From the NCBI RefSeq assembly GCF_011752625.1, contig NZ_VWXD01000009.1:73749-97748 (forward strand): a stretch of 24,000 bases of DNA, in the 5' to 3' direction. The position numbers and the translations under genes are program-made. The stretch's first letter is position 1; the number at the start of each line of letters is the position of its first letter. Shown piece after piece: positions 1 to 8,879 of the stretch. The notes under the pieces were generated by a model that searched no databases, had not been told where the DNA came from, and was given only the letters and a program-made list of their open reading frames with translations. The stretch is from Candidatus Pantoea formicae. GTDB lineage: Bacteria; Pseudomonadota; Gammaproteobacteria; Enterobacterales; Enterobacteriaceae.

Positions 1-132
1 GGCTTTGTCCTGACGATTACCAACCAGCACAACGCTGCCGCCGTTCTTCAGGACCAGCTTCGCCGTTTCGAAGCCCATACCGCTTGTACCGCCGACCACT
101 AACAGTTTTTTACCGGCAAAAGATGCGTTCAT
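1..132 (-). CDS. SDR-family oxidoreductase, N-terminal 44 codons only (gene continues past the left edge)
   Basis: Reverse complement of 1-132 reads MNASFAGKKLLVVGGTSGMGFETAKLVLKNGGSVVLVGNRQDKA with no stop. GGTSGMG sits where the Rossmann TGxxxGxG motif of short-chain dehydrogenases lies. The gene is divergent from a LysR regulator, a classical pairing. It is absent from the ORF track because it is truncated. Confidence 0.7.
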   Translation of the reverse strand, partial: MNASFAGKKLLVVGGTSGMGFETAKLVLKNGGSVVLVGNRQDKA

Positions 133-308
133 CACTAACCTCATTTAATTCATAGGGTTGTCATTGATGAAAAGCCGAGCTCCTCATCGTGTGGGATCAG
201 AATGCCACCCGGCTCTCTGATTGACGACTGAGAAGAAATTGCGACTCAGGAAAGAAAATCTTTTTCGCTAACGTATACTGAGGAAAATAATGAATCAGGA
301 TGACCACC

Positions 309-1220
309 ATGCGATCGCTAAACCGGCTCAAATGGCTGCACGCTTTTGAAGCCACAGCCAGACACGGCAGCTTTACCGGCGCGGCACAGGAGCTGGGCGT
401 AACGCCTGCCGCAGTAGGCCAGCTGGTACGCTCGCTGGAAGACTGGGTCGGACACCCGCTTCTTCACCGCACCCGCTCAGGAAAAGAGCGGCTGACGCTG
501 GTCGGCGAAGCGCAGGAAGCGTTGCAGGACATCACTCAGGGGCTCGACAGACTCGAAACCGGATTAAACAAGCTTCGCGGGCGCCGATCGCGCTCGGTGG
601 TGGTGGTGACGGCATCGCAGGTGCTGGTGATGAACTGGCTGATGGATCGCCTGAACCGCTTTTCGGAAACGTATGAGAATATCGATCTGCGGCTTAACGT
701 CACGGAAAAGCTGATGGACGTGTCGCATGGCGAGGCGGATATCGGTATTCGCTGCGGACAGGGTGACTGGTCAGGCGTGAATAAAACCTGGCTGATGGAT
801 GAAGAAGCCGTGCTGGTATGCAGTCCGCGCCTGATGCCGCCCGGGAAAATGGCCTGCAGTGAATGGCTCGCCACGCAAAAACTCATACACGATGACACGC
901 CGCATCCCGGGGCGGATTTTCCGTCATGGAATGATGTCCTTATGGCGGTCGGTGCACCCGAAGCGCTGGAAAGCGGACTGCATATTAACTCCACCTCAGC
1001 AGTGATCCTGTCAGCCCTGAGCGGCAGGGGAGTAGCTATTGTCCGGTATGCTCTGGTGAAAAACCTTATCGAAACCGGGCAACTGGTCCAGCTGCATCCC
1101 GACTACCGGTGGCCACTCACATGGTCCTATTATCTGGTCACCCCGCAGCAAAAAGTCATGCGCGATGAAGTAAAAGTTTTCCACGACTGGCTTCTTCAGG
1201 ATGTCGTCTCAGACCATTAA
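309..1220 (+). CDS. LysR-family transcriptional regulator (GcvA-like by N-terminal sequence)
   Basis: The N-terminal helix-turn-helix LKWLHAFEATARHGSFTGAAQELGVTPAAVGQLVRSLE is typical LysR, followed by about 200 aa of substrate-binding-type sequence. The ORF track starts at 300, but AGGA (297-300) overlaps that ATG and lies 8 nt before the ATG at 309, so 309 is preferred. The start is uncertain by 3 codons. Confidence 0.9.
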   Translation: MRSLNRLKWLHAFEATARHGSFTGAAQELGVTPAAVGQLVRSLEDWVGHPLLHRTRSGKERLTLVGEAQEALQDITQGLDRLETGLNKLRGRRSRSVVVVTASQVLVMNWLMDRLNRFSETYENIDLRLNVTEKLMDVSHGEADIGIRCGQGDWSGVNKTWLMDEEAVLVCSPRLMPPGKMACSEWLATQKLIHDDTPHPGADFPSWNDVLMAVGAPEALESGLHINSTSAVILSALSGRGVAIVRYALVKNLIETGQLVQLHPDYRWPLTWSYYLVTPQQKVMRDEVKVFHDWLLQDVVSDH

Positions 1221-1460
1221 TAAACTGCCGCCTCAGGTATTACGCCGCCCCGGCGGTTATCCGGGCGCATAATGCTTATTCCACGACGCGCTACGACATA
1301 GAATTTCTTCTCTGCTCCGCAAGATTATCTGATTTGTTGAAGCTGTCAGGCTTACCGATAATCGCTCTCAACGGCAGTGAATACCGGCCGTTTTTTAAAA
1401 CGGATGTATTTACGGCGTCATGTAACTAACGATCTTTGAGAAAATAAACCGGAGTTTTGA

Positions 1461-1805
1461 ATGTTCTTGAACTGGAACGAATATCGCAATGGTCTGCTCT
1501 CCACCATCGGTAAATTTGCCAGACTGCAGCCAGAGTTTATGAAAGGTTTTCAGCAGATGGATAAGGGTGCATCTGAAAACAAGCATCTCGATCCCAAAAC
1601 CCATGAACTGATTGCACTGGCCGTGGCCGTAACCACCCGCTGTGACGGTTGCCTGGCCGTACACGTGGACGCTGCGGTTAAGCACGGTGCCACGCGTGAA
1701 GAGATCGCCGAAGCGCTGGCCGTTGCCATTAACCTGAACACTGGCGCCGCGCTGACGTATACCGCGCGTGCTCTGGATGTTTACGATAACCTGCCAAACA
1801 AATAG
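1461..1805 (+). CDS. Carboxymuconolactone decarboxylase / AhpD-like family protein (114 aa)
   Basis: Small all-helical protein with the CxxC-type motif TTRCDGCLAVH that characterises AhpD/CMD-family cores. GGAG lies 8 nt upstream of the ATG. A longer antisense ORF (1410-1889) has no motif support. Confidence 0.8.
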   Translation: MFLNWNEYRNGLLSTIGKFARLQPEFMKGFQQMDKGASENKHLDPKTHELIALAVAVTTRCDGCLAVHVDAAVKHGATREEIAEALAVAINLNTGAALTYTARALDVYDNLPNK

Positions 1806-1809
1806 GCCT

Positions 1810-1836
1810 TCAGACGGTCCCCGCAGGGCCGTCTGA
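1810..1836 (+). other. GC-rich stem-loop between the CMD-family gene and the cupin gene (attenuator or mRNA-stabilising hairpin; not a canonical terminator)
   Basis: tcagacggtcc-ccgca-gggccgtctga gives 8 bp plus 2 bp of stem with one mismatch and a 5-nt loop. It starts 5 nt after the stop codon. No U-tract follows, and the next gene starts 10 nt later. Confidence 0.3.
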
Positions 1837-1845
1837 TCACTGACT

Positions 1846-2529
1846 ATGATGTTACTAAACTCTGATTTTTCGCAGCGTGCGATCGTCACCCCGGATAATT
1901 ATCAGTGGATACCTTCTCCCCAGGCCGGTGTAGAGCGCGTGATGCTCGACCGGATTGGTCACGAGCAGGCCCGCGCAACCAGCCTCGTCAGGTATGCGCC
2001 CGGCTCCGAATTTCCCGCACACAGCCATCCCGGCGGCGAGGAGATTCTGGTACTCGCGGGGACGTTTACCGAAAATGGTGTCGACCACCCTGCCGGCTGG
2101 TACCTGCGCAGCCCGGACGGTTCTTCTCACCAACCCTCAAGCCGCGACGGCACAACCATTTTCGTCAAGCTGCGCCAGATGTCTGCCGAAGAACGCCAGC
2201 CGGTCAGGATAAATACCCGGGAGGCAGCTAACTGGCACGGTCAGCCGCAAAGACAAATCTGCCCTTTATTCTCCGGCACGCAGGAAACCGTGGTGCTTCA
2301 GAAGCTGGCTCCGGGCGAGCGGATCTTTTGTGAGCCACTTGCTGGCGGAGCAGAACTTCTTCTTCTGAAAGGGCAACTCGGGGCGCCGGAGGGCTGCTAT
2401 GAGGCAGGAAGCTGGCTGCGGTTTCCGCCGGGTGATATGCCTGCCCTGATGGCTACCGCCTCTGGCGCACTTTTTTATCTGAAAACGGGACATCTCAGCC
2501 CTGCCACCCTGACCGGAGCGACATTATGA
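1846..2529 (+). CDS. Cupin-domain protein (ChrR-like bicupin by recollection)
   Basis: FPAHSHPGGEEILVLAGTF matches cupin motif 1 (HxH...E...G). A second, degenerate cupin-like half lies around GGAELLLLKGQL. The stop overlaps the next start (ATGA at 2526-2529). Confidence 0.7.
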   Translation: MMLLNSDFSQRAIVTPDNYQWIPSPQAGVERVMLDRIGHEQARATSLVRYAPGSEFPAHSHPGGEEILVLAGTFTENGVDHPAGWYLRSPDGSSHQPSSRDGTTIFVKLRQMSAEERQPVRINTREAANWHGQPQRQICPLFSGTQETVVLQKLAPGERIFCEPLAGGAELLLLKGQLGAPEGCYEAGSWLRFPPGDMPALMATASGALFYLKTGHLSPATLTGATL

Positions 2530-3620
2530 AGCAGAGCGTAGTGATCATTGGTGCGGGCATAAGCGGCCTTTATGCCGCCACGCTGCTTGAAAAAGCGGGT
2601 GTTGATTATGTGATCCTTGAAGCCCGTGACAGAACTGGCGGCCGCGTGCTGTCAGGCCCGGAACTGGCGGGCACCTCCGCAGGCATTCATGCAGACATGG
2701 GGGCAGCGTGGTTCTGGCCCGATATTCAGCCGGACTTCGCCCAACTTATCGAGCGGCTTGAGCTTTCGGTCATCGCGCATGGCCGTCCGGGTGACATGCT
2801 TTACGAACGCCAGCTGACTTCGCCCCCCGAACGCTACCCGGCATGGGAGAGCTCCCCGGCGTCTTTCAGGCTGAAGGGAGGAATGCACGCGCTGACGGCG
2901 GCACTTAAAAGTCAGATCCCGGCTGAGAAGATTAAAACCGGCCATCAGGTGGTGGCGATTTCCCGGGCTGGCAAAGAAGTGCAGGTCCATACCAGGGCCG
3001 AAGGCAGTAAAAAAACCGTGTTTAACGGTGAGCATGTATTCCTCGCTCTGCCTCCTGCCCTGGCAGCGAAAATAGAATTCAATCCGGCAATGCCGGAACA
3101 GGTGCTGTCAGGCTGGCGGAAAACCCCGACATGGATGGCCCCTCATGCGAAATATGTCGCTGTATATAAAACGGACTTATTGCATGCACGACAGCTTTCA
3201 GGGCATGCAGGGAGCCGCGTGGGGCCAATGGCAGAGATCCACGACGTATCCGAGCCAGACTCGGGTAAAACGGCGATTTTTGGTTTTATTGGCGTACCGG
3301 CAAAATCGAGATGGACTGTCAGCGAAGCTGCTCTCAAAAACCTTTGCCGGGAGCAGCTGGTACGCTTATTTGGCCAGGATGCGGCAGAGCCCGAAGCTGA
3401 GTATATTAAAGACTGGGCGGCGGATCCGTTTACTGCAACGGAATTTGATCTGCTGCAGGAAGCCGGACACATAATGCCTGAGCAACTTCCCGCCAGTGAA
3501 GAATGGTCTGGTGTGATAACAGGTATCGCCAGTGAATGGTCGCCGCAGTTCTCAGGCTATCTGGCAGGTGCCATTGAGTCTGCAACAATGGGGGTTCAGT
3601 GCTGGCTACAACAGAATTAA
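2526..3620 (+). CDS. FAD-dependent amine oxidase family oxidoreductase (364 aa)
   Basis: The N-terminus VVIIGAGISGLYAATLLEKAGVDYVILEARDRTGGRV carries the GxGxxG dinucleotide fold plus the EARDRxGGR signature of flavin amine oxidases. The start is translationally coupled to the cupin gene. Confidence 0.85.
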   Translation: MKQSVVIIGAGISGLYAATLLEKAGVDYVILEARDRTGGRVLSGPELAGTSAGIHADMGAAWFWPDIQPDFAQLIERLELSVIAHGRPGDMLYERQLTSPPERYPAWESSPASFRLKGGMHALTAALKSQIPAEKIKTGHQVVAISRAGKEVQVHTRAEGSKKTVFNGEHVFLALPPALAAKIEFNPAMPEQVLSGWRKTPTWMAPHAKYVAVYKTDLLHARQLSGHAGSRVGPMAEIHDVSEPDSGKTAIFGFIGVPAKSRWTVSEAALKNLCREQLVRLFGQDAAEPEAEYIKDWAADPFTATEFDLLQEAGHIMPEQLPASEEWSGVITGIASEWSPQFSGYLAGAIESATMGVQCWLQQN

Positions 3621-3642
3621 TCCTGTGAGAATGGTTCGTGGC

Positions 3643-3654
3643 CTTTCGAGCCAG
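3643..3654. repeat. Inverted-repeat arm (putative subterminal IR of the IS110-family element)
   Basis: ctttcgagccag is the exact reverse complement of 5103-5114. A 12-bp match restricted to the roughly 200-bp flanks of the transposase is very unlikely by chance (order of 1 in several hundred). Confidence 0.5.
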
Positions 3655-3751
3655 AAATAGGGTGTTAAAAAAAAATAATGATCCCGCTGGATTGAAAAGG
3701 AGCTGGCTTCTGGAACGTCCGCTTCACGCCCTGAGACATTCGACAAGCTTT

Positions 3752-4990
3752 CTACGGCATTAGTAAAGGCGATTTTCGCGCTTCCAGTGCCAGCAAATAT
3801 TTCGCTTCGTCATAACGGGTTCTGGTCTTCCAGCAGCGGTAAATAATCCTTATCCATTTGAATGCCAGAGCCCGGATCGCTGATTGATGAGATTTTCCTT
3901 TTTCTCGCATCCCCTGATAATACAGCTTGGCCCAGTATGATGAGTTAACCGTTTTGGCAGCCCATTCGACAAAGGTTTGCCTGACGAACTTTGCACACTG
4001 CCATCGCCAGTGAACCCAGGATTTCTGGCCAATTCGCTCAGTCACCGGAGCAATACCTGCGTAGTTTTGAATTTCCTCAGCGCTGCTGAAACGGTCGCGG
4101 TTATCACCCAGTGCGGCAAGCATACGTGGGCCCATACACGGCCCCATGCCCGGTAGTGATTTGAACAGCTCTGCATCCGGAAGCGTATCGAATAACGATT
4201 CGATTCGTTCGTCGTAGGTTCTGATAAATTCACCTACAAGTTTGATTTGTGATGCAAGAGCTGTTGCCATTAGCGCGTTCGCCTCGATGACACTTTTATC
4301 AGTGGTCAGGGGAATCGCGTTGGCAATGCTTGTAACCCGCTGTTCTGTATACGCAACAGCGGGACCACCTCTTGCGTTCATAAAATGACGGACGGTATTA
4401 CTCCGGGCACGTTTGAGCTGTTGCAGGCTTGGCCAGCGAATTATGAGCTCACAGAACAATGAACTGTCCCGATGCGAGAACCATTCCAGGGGTTGAGGAT
4501 AATACTGCTTAAGCGTGTTAATGAGCCGATTAACAAAGCGGCATTTGTCTTCTACCAGCAGCCTACGCTGCTCGACTAGTTGTAGAAGTAAACGGATATC
4601 AGCATTGTCGGGTTCGATGGCTTTTATCTTTTGGGGATAGCGTAGCATCAGATCTAACGCCAACTCGGCATCCTGAGGATCATCCTTCGCACCACTTGGC
4701 CAGAAGGTCTGCCGATAGCGGGCCAATGATAACGCGTGTACAGGAAAGACAGTAATAAAGGGGTACTTTTGGAGAGCATATACTACCGGGCCTTTCTTCA
4801 GTTCAAGGGCGATAGCGATCCTGCCTTTGACCTAATGGTGCAACTCATTGAGCCAGGTATCAAGCGCTTCCGGCGTATGGTTAATCACATGGAATGTGCG
4901 CTCACCGTTTTTAAACTGAACGCAGACATCGTGCTTTTTATCCGCCCAATCCAGACCAACATGAGCAGCAAACTGAGCTATAGCAGTCAT
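3752..4990 (-). pseudogene. IS110-family transposase interrupted by a single in-frame TAG (codon 53)
   Basis: My reverse-complement translation from the ATG at 4988-4990 (AGGAG 8 nt upstream) gives MTAIAQFAAHVGLDWADKKHDVCVQFKNGERTFHVINHTPEALDTWLNELHH*VKGRIAIALELKKGPVVYALQKYPFITVFPVHALSLARYRQ... It runs in frame into the 324-aa ORF of the track (3752-4726). The stop is the complement of 4832-4834. DEDD-type N-terminal motifs (GLDWA, ALELKKG, AKDDPQDAE) and the C-terminal IS116/IS110/IS902-type domain (GIAPVTERIGQKS...AIRALAFKWIRIIYRCW) are present. Confidence 0.85.
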
Positions 4991-5102
4991 CACCAACTCC
5001 TTTTAAACGGGGATTGGTATGCATTCCACGCCCTTCGAAAGAAATATAGTCAGCAGTTTATCTGCATGCCCTGAGTATTCGTTAGCGAACGTGGAGCACT
5101 TA

Positions 5103-5114
5103 CTGGCTCGAAAG
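5103..5114. repeat. Inverted-repeat arm (partner of 3643-3654)
   Basis: ctggctcgaaag is the exact reverse complement of 3643-3654. Confidence 0.5.
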
Positions 5115-5578
5115 CAAAGCGGCAATCATCAGATCACATGATTCTGGCACAATATTCGTAACCAGTAAGCGCATACCCTGAATCACTTAAAAGTGTAATC
5201 CTCAGGGTTCGAATGACTATATCTGGCACACAGCAGACATCCACAACAGCTAATGCCCGCTGTGAGCGAAAGCGGATCTTCGGCATCAATTTTGCCCGAC
5301 ATAAAATAATGCTAGTTAATCGTGTAAAAACGCAGCCTTTCGTCTCGACGGCCATACCCCAAGGTAATTATCGCTAAGATTTGAGTCGGAAATTAAGTGC
5401 GGTCCTCATCCTTACGCTTTCTGTTTCCACCATTTCTGCTGTCTCAATCCGTTCATCTATACTGACTATTACAGCGATCATTTGCTCAGGATGCCGCGCC
5501 GTCGTCAGCATTTTCATTTTTCAGAATGAGTCAGACGCGCAGCGGCTGTAGAAATTCTTTTTATCCGGAAGACACCCG

Positions 5579-6052
5579 ATGAAAATAACGGAATTTGTCT
5601 ATTCAGCCTTAATTGGCCTTGTCGCCAGTTGCCGTTCTATGACACCAATGGCGGCTCTCGCTGCAGCACGTATTGCCGGACGCGACACATCAGGCAGACT
5701 TATCCTGCTGGATCGTCCCCTGTTCAAATATGGTGCGTTAGTAATGGGTGCGGGTGAACTTTTTGGTGACAAGATGAAGTCCGCGCCAGACCGCACTGTG
5801 TTTTTGGGCTTGTCAGCACGCGTGGCCAGTGCAGGGATTGCAGGTGCCGCGCTGGCACCCGGTGGAGAAGAAAAAACCGGGGCAGCGATCGCTATTTCTA
5901 CCGCTGTGCCACTTGCCTATGCCACGCTTGCGGCACGCAAAAAGGCTATGGGTGAAATGAGTCAGACCAAGAGCGGGCTGATTGAAGATACGCTCATTGT
6001 CGCCATCGGCGCAGCGGTGGTCTTCTTTGCCACACGCCCAAAGCGTGTTTGA
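5579..6052 (+). CDS. Small integral membrane protein (resembles the family annotated DUF4126, from memory)
   Basis: The 157-aa ORF has several Gly/Ala-rich hydrophobic segments (IGLVASC, GALVMGAGELFGDK, GLSARVASAGIAGAAL, IVAIGAAVVFFA). The GDKxxSAPDR-type loop matches my recollection of DUF4126. No strong competing ORF. Confidence 0.55.
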   Translation: MKITEFVYSALIGLVASCRSMTPMAALAAARIAGRDTSGRLILLDRPLFKYGALVMGAGELFGDKMKSAPDRTVFLGLSARVASAGIAGAALAPGGEEKTGAAIAISTAVPLAYATLAARKKAMGEMSQTKSGLIEDTLIVAIGAAVVFFATRPKRV

Positions 6053-6413
6053 AAATAATCTTTATTCAAATGATGAGCCCGGCGAGCCATCATGAAGGGG
6101 TTAGTAACGTCTTATGGCACACAGTTGCCGGTCACGCAATGCGATGTTCCCCTCAGCATCGGTGGCGATGGTCAAGCAAAATGCAAACGGGTAATCAAGT
6201 GAATGCAAATACCCAGCCAAAGAGCCTTCCTTAACTGTTTCTGGCGCCTACATGCCGCTGACGCGGCATCCAGATGCATGCTGCGCACTGCTCGCCTGAC
6301 CCGGTATCAGATCCGATATCCAGCCAGGACTGGCTGTACTACTATGCTTTTTTAAGATTGTGGCCAGCATGCACTGCTGCCTGAGGATTTTAAATAAATA
6401 CCTCTGAGGGTGT

Positions 6414-6776
6414 ATGACCGACAGCGAAGAAGCAGAGTTTAAGGATGTTTTGCTCATTATGATTAAGCGGTCCGTGGACTGGTATCGTGAGCAGGACTTT
6501 AGCCACATGAACGATGACGTGCGGCCAGCGCTGGAAAGTATATTCAGCCCGGGAGAAGGGTATGACCCCAGTGCCAGCGCCCAGATTGGCATTAATATGA
6601 TGATGATTGGTCAGGTATGGCAAGATGAACGCTTCACGGCATTTGCCGACAGGGCTGCCCGGACGTCATGTAACAGGAGAACCATGGGCAAACTTCCCGA
6701 AAAAATTGCCCTTCGGCAGCTGCTGGATGAAGTCAGTGAAGTGCTCAGAGAGCCCCGGTTTAATACGACTGAATAA
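6414..6776 (+). CDS. Hypothetical protein (120 aa)
   Basis: ATG preceded by GAGGG at 5-nt spacing. The composition is protein-like (acidic, helical). The overlapping antisense ORFs are Ser/Cys/Pro-rich junk. No motif recognised. Confidence 0.5.
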   Translation: MTDSEEAEFKDVLLIMIKRSVDWYREQDFSHMNDDVRPALESIFSPGEGYDPSASAQIGINMMMIGQVWQDERFTAFADRAARTSCNRRTMGKLPEKIALRQLLDEVSEVLREPRFNTTE

Positions 6777-7004
6777 CCTGATTAAATCCGGCTCCATATG
6801 TTGCAGCCCCGGATGATGGGGCATGGCCAGAACTTCATCCCGGAGCTGTGGCAGTCTCATACTGTACGAAATTTGTACTCACTCGGCCCGCGGCGATGGT
6901 AACCTGATTTTCAGTCTTCTCAGGCAGCGGGCTGGCCGTCCTGATACACCTGTTTCACTGTCAGCATGCATTCGTTATCGAATACAACTTCAGCGGGGGG
7001 GCTG

Positions 7005-7238
7005 ATGAGAACTAGTGAAGATGAAACTGACCAGGATATTTACCACGATGCCTGCTTCGCGGCCGGCATGTGCTGCCTGAAGCTTGCCAGCGAGGGTGGA
7101 GAAATTAACCGTGAGCGGCTGGCCATCGAGCTGATGCGGCTGCTGGGCGCCCTGATCGAGAAAAGAGAAGAGTGCCCCTCCTCGCTGATATTTGCCATTG
7201 AGCAGTTGCGCGGCGAACTGGATGAAGAAGCAGGATAA
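7005..7238 (+). CDS. Small acidic helical protein (77 aa), possibly YmgB/AriR-like
   Basis: The ORF track starts at 6966, but the ATG at 7005 follows a G7 purine run (SD-like) while 6966 has no RBS. Size and the helical pattern (LKLASEGGEINRERLAIELMRLLGALIEKRE) recall YmgB/AriR-family proteins. This is recollection only. Confidence 0.4.
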   Translation: MRTSEDETDQDIYHDACFAAGMCCLKLASEGGEINRERLAIELMRLLGALIEKREECPSSLIFAIEQLRGELDEEAG

Positions 7239-7261
7239 GGCTCCCCGCTAAATCACGCCCG

Positions 7262-7942
7262 TCAGTCCTGTCCTTCCCGGACGGGCTCAATCAGCTCTCT
7301 GCCCTGATGGTGAATGTTTCCCACCTTTCTGCTCACCGGATGCCAGATAAACGCCTTTTCCGGCAGGGCGGCGTCATGGGCAATTTCTTCTGCCCGCGAG
7401 GGCGTCGTCTCCGGGCTAAGCCACTCACGGACGGCGTCAGGGGAAAGCACCAGCGGGCGCCTGTCGTGAATGTCGACCATGCCCCTGTTGCTGGCCGACG
7501 TCACAATCACAAACCCCTCTTTGCCGTGATCCTCTCCGTAAGGCTGTTTACCGATCGCGGCAAAAAACAGGGGCTGATTATCTTTATGATAAATGCAGAA
7601 CGGCTGCTTCTTATCATCTTCCTTCTTCCATTCGAACCAGGCGTCAGCGGGCACGATGGCGCGGCCGTGGTTCCACAGAGGTTTAAACATGCGGCCGCTG
7701 GCCGCTGTTTCCCCGCGTGCGTTAATCAGCGGCTGCTTATCCCACCATTCCGGTCCGTATCCCCAGAAAACCGGGTCGAGGCGCAGGACGTCTTCCTGCT
7801 CGTTGAGGAGCAGCACCTTCGTGCCCGGCGCAACGTTAAACCGGCCGATGGGCTCAGGGTCGAACGTGATTTCGTCCGGCTTCAGGCCGAGCGCATCAAA
7901 ATACTCATCACGGCTGCTGTACTGCGCAAATCGTCCGCACAT
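7262..7942 (-). CDS. yedK: SOS response-associated peptidase (SRAP/YedK family, abasic-site DNA-protein crosslinking)
   Basis: The sequence begins MCGRFAQ with the catalytic Cys2 directly after the initiator Met. The ATG at 7940-7942 has AGGAGG 5 nt upstream; the track's 7948 start is a GTG two codons earlier. Conserved blocks NVAPGT, DPVFWGY, LINARGET, WFEWKK and DIHDRRPLVL match E. coli YedK as I recall it. Confidence 0.9.
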   Translation of the reverse strand: MCGRFAQYSSRDEYFDALGLKPDEITFDPEPIGRFNVAPGTKVLLLNEQEDVLRLDPVFWGYGPEWWDKQPLINARGETAASGRMFKPLWNHGRAIVPADAWFEWKKEDDKKQPFCIYHKDNQPLFFAAIGKQPYGEDHGKEGFVIVTSASNRGMVDIHDRRPLVLSPDAVREWLSPETTPSRAEEIAHDAALPEKAFIWHPVSRKVGNIHHQGRELIEPVREGQD

Positions 7943-7996
7943 AGTCACCTCCTGCAGTAAGGAGAGCCGGGTATACTGACCTCAGGAGGATTTCAC

Positions 7997-8242
7997 ATGT
8001 CACAGTATTTAGCCGCACGCATCCCGGAAGAACGGGCGAAGGTCAACGTGGATCTGGCCGCCTCAGGCGTGGCGTACAGAGAGCGCCTTAATCTGCCCGT
8101 TATCCCGGCCGAAGCTGAAAGGCAGCAGCCACGGGAGCTGCGCGAATACTTCATGGAACGGCTCCAGTATTACCGCAATCTGGCCCTGCAGTACCCGCGG
8201 GGAACCGACCCGGTCTATCAGAAAGAACCAAAGGGAGAATGA
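7997..8242 (+). CDS. Hypothetical protein (81 aa), divergent from the SRAP gene
   Basis: ATG with AGGAGG 7 nt upstream. Charged helical composition. No motif recognised. Confidence 0.55.
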   Translation: MSQYLAARIPEERAKVNVDLAASGVAYRERLNLPVIPAEAERQQPRELREYFMERLQYYRNLALQYPRGTDPVYQKEPKGE

Positions 8243-8266
8243 AAGTAAACGTCCGTGCGGTATTTT

Positions 8267-8494
8267 TCAGAGACGCGAGCGCTTACTCTGCCAGGCGACA
8301 AGGAGCAGGAGCGCCACCGCGCCGGACAGTACGAGGTAGACCGCCCTGTGCGTGTCTGCGCGGCCAAGAAAGTAGAAAAGGGTACTCAGCCCCGTCACGG
8401 CGAACAGCATGGCGGCTAAACCGATATTCACATAGCTGCCGAGGACTTTAAGGAGCCATTCCTCAGATTTTTTTGCCGATGACTGCTTTAACAT
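8267..8494 (-). CDS. Small membrane protein, two predicted TM helices (75 aa)
   Basis: VLGSYVNIGLAAMLFAVTGLSTLFYFL and AVYLVLSGAVALLLLVAW are clear hydrophobic helices separated by a short polar loop. The gene is co-directional with the Rpn gene upstream. Confidence 0.55.
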   Translation of the reverse strand: MLKQSSAKKSEEWLLKVLGSYVNIGLAAMLFAVTGLSTLFYFLGRADTHRAVYLVLSGAVALLLLVAWQSKRSRL

Positions 8495-8593
8495 GGTGTC
8501 AGCCTTTAAGGATGCGCGTTTGAGCCTGAATTTTAACCTTTTATGACGCGAACAAACAGGTGCGGAATGACGGAGGTTAACGTCCGGGTAAAT

Positions 8594-8857
8594 TCAGGCC
8601 CGGGCCCCGGGCTGGGGCTCTTTTAACTTCCGATGTGATGAAGATAACGAGCCCAGCATAATGCCAGTCATTGCGAGCCCGGTAATATACAGCCCCGCTA
8701 TCAGGATCACGCCGGTCAGCCCCGTCAGCTGGTTTGTTTCAAACCACGAGGTCATCAGATGAGCGCCCTCATCCAGCGCCGTGCGTAATCCAGTGGGCAG
8801 CCAGGACGACAGCAGTTGCGCGCCGCCGTCCAGTAATCCCGTCAGCTCATTAGCCAT
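8594..8857 (-). CDS. Small membrane-anchored protein (87 aa)
   Basis: An amphipathic N-terminal half is followed by one long hydrophobic segment, LTGLTGVILIAGLYITGLAMTGIMLG. The start lies only 22 nt downstream of the Rpn stop, so co-transcription is likely. Confidence 0.55.
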   Translation of the reverse strand: MANELTGLLDGGAQLLSSWLPTGLRTALDEGAHLMTSWFETNQLTGLTGVILIAGLYITGLAMTGIMLGSLSSSHRKLKEPQPGARA

Positions 8858-8879
8858 GGTTTCGTTATCCTGTTTTCAG

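Larger units (their letters stand above)
3643..5114 (-). mobile_element. IS110-family insertion sequence, approximate bounds taken from a flanking 12-bp inverted repeat; true ends may lie further out, especially on the 5115-5400 side
   Basis: An IS110-type transposase gene (3752-4990) is flanked by the exact inverted repeat ctttcgagccag (3643-3654) / ctggctcgaaag (5103-5114). These lie about 100 bp beyond each end of the gene. The roughly 1.47 kb size fits the family. Confidence 0.5.

Noticed and set aside
536-994. 152-aa minus-strand ORF inside the LysR gene
   Set aside because: It is antisense to a motif-supported LysR CDS. It is Ser/Pro/Cys-rich and low-complexity, with no RBS examined that would rescue it.
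1410-1889. 159-aa minus-strand ORF, longer than the CMD-family ORF it overlaps
   Set aside because: The plus-strand 114-aa ORF has the AhpD/CMD CxxC core and a proper GGAG RBS. The antisense product has no recognisable motif.
4736-5074. 112-aa plus-strand ORF
   Set aside because: It lies antisense to the N-terminal (pre-TAG) part of the IS110 transposase, which reads as a clean DEDD-domain sequence on the minus strand.
5134-5355. 73-aa minus-strand ORF in the IS flank
   Set aside because: No RBS and odd composition. The region is more plausibly non-coding IS end or flank.
6049-6234. 61-aa plus-strand ORF overlapping the end of the membrane-protein gene
   Set aside because: No RBS. It is His/Trp/Cys-rich and unlike a real small protein. 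There is no way to test conservation here.
6861-6879. LexA-box-like sequence actgtacgaaatttgtact
   Set aside because: It reads CTGT-N8-TGTA rather than CTGT-N8-ACAG. The apparent symmetry comes only from two palindromic GTAC tetramers.
7307-7979. 217-aa and 128-aa plus-strand ORFs
   Set aside because: They are antisense to the YedK-like SRAP gene, which matches the family along its full length. They are typical GC-rich shadow ORFs.
8524-8599. 10-bp inverted repeat gcctgaattt / aaattcaggc spanning the gap between the two small membrane genes
   Set aside because: About two such local 10-bp inverted matches are expected by chance in 24 kb. One arm overlaps coding sequence and no supporting feature is present.
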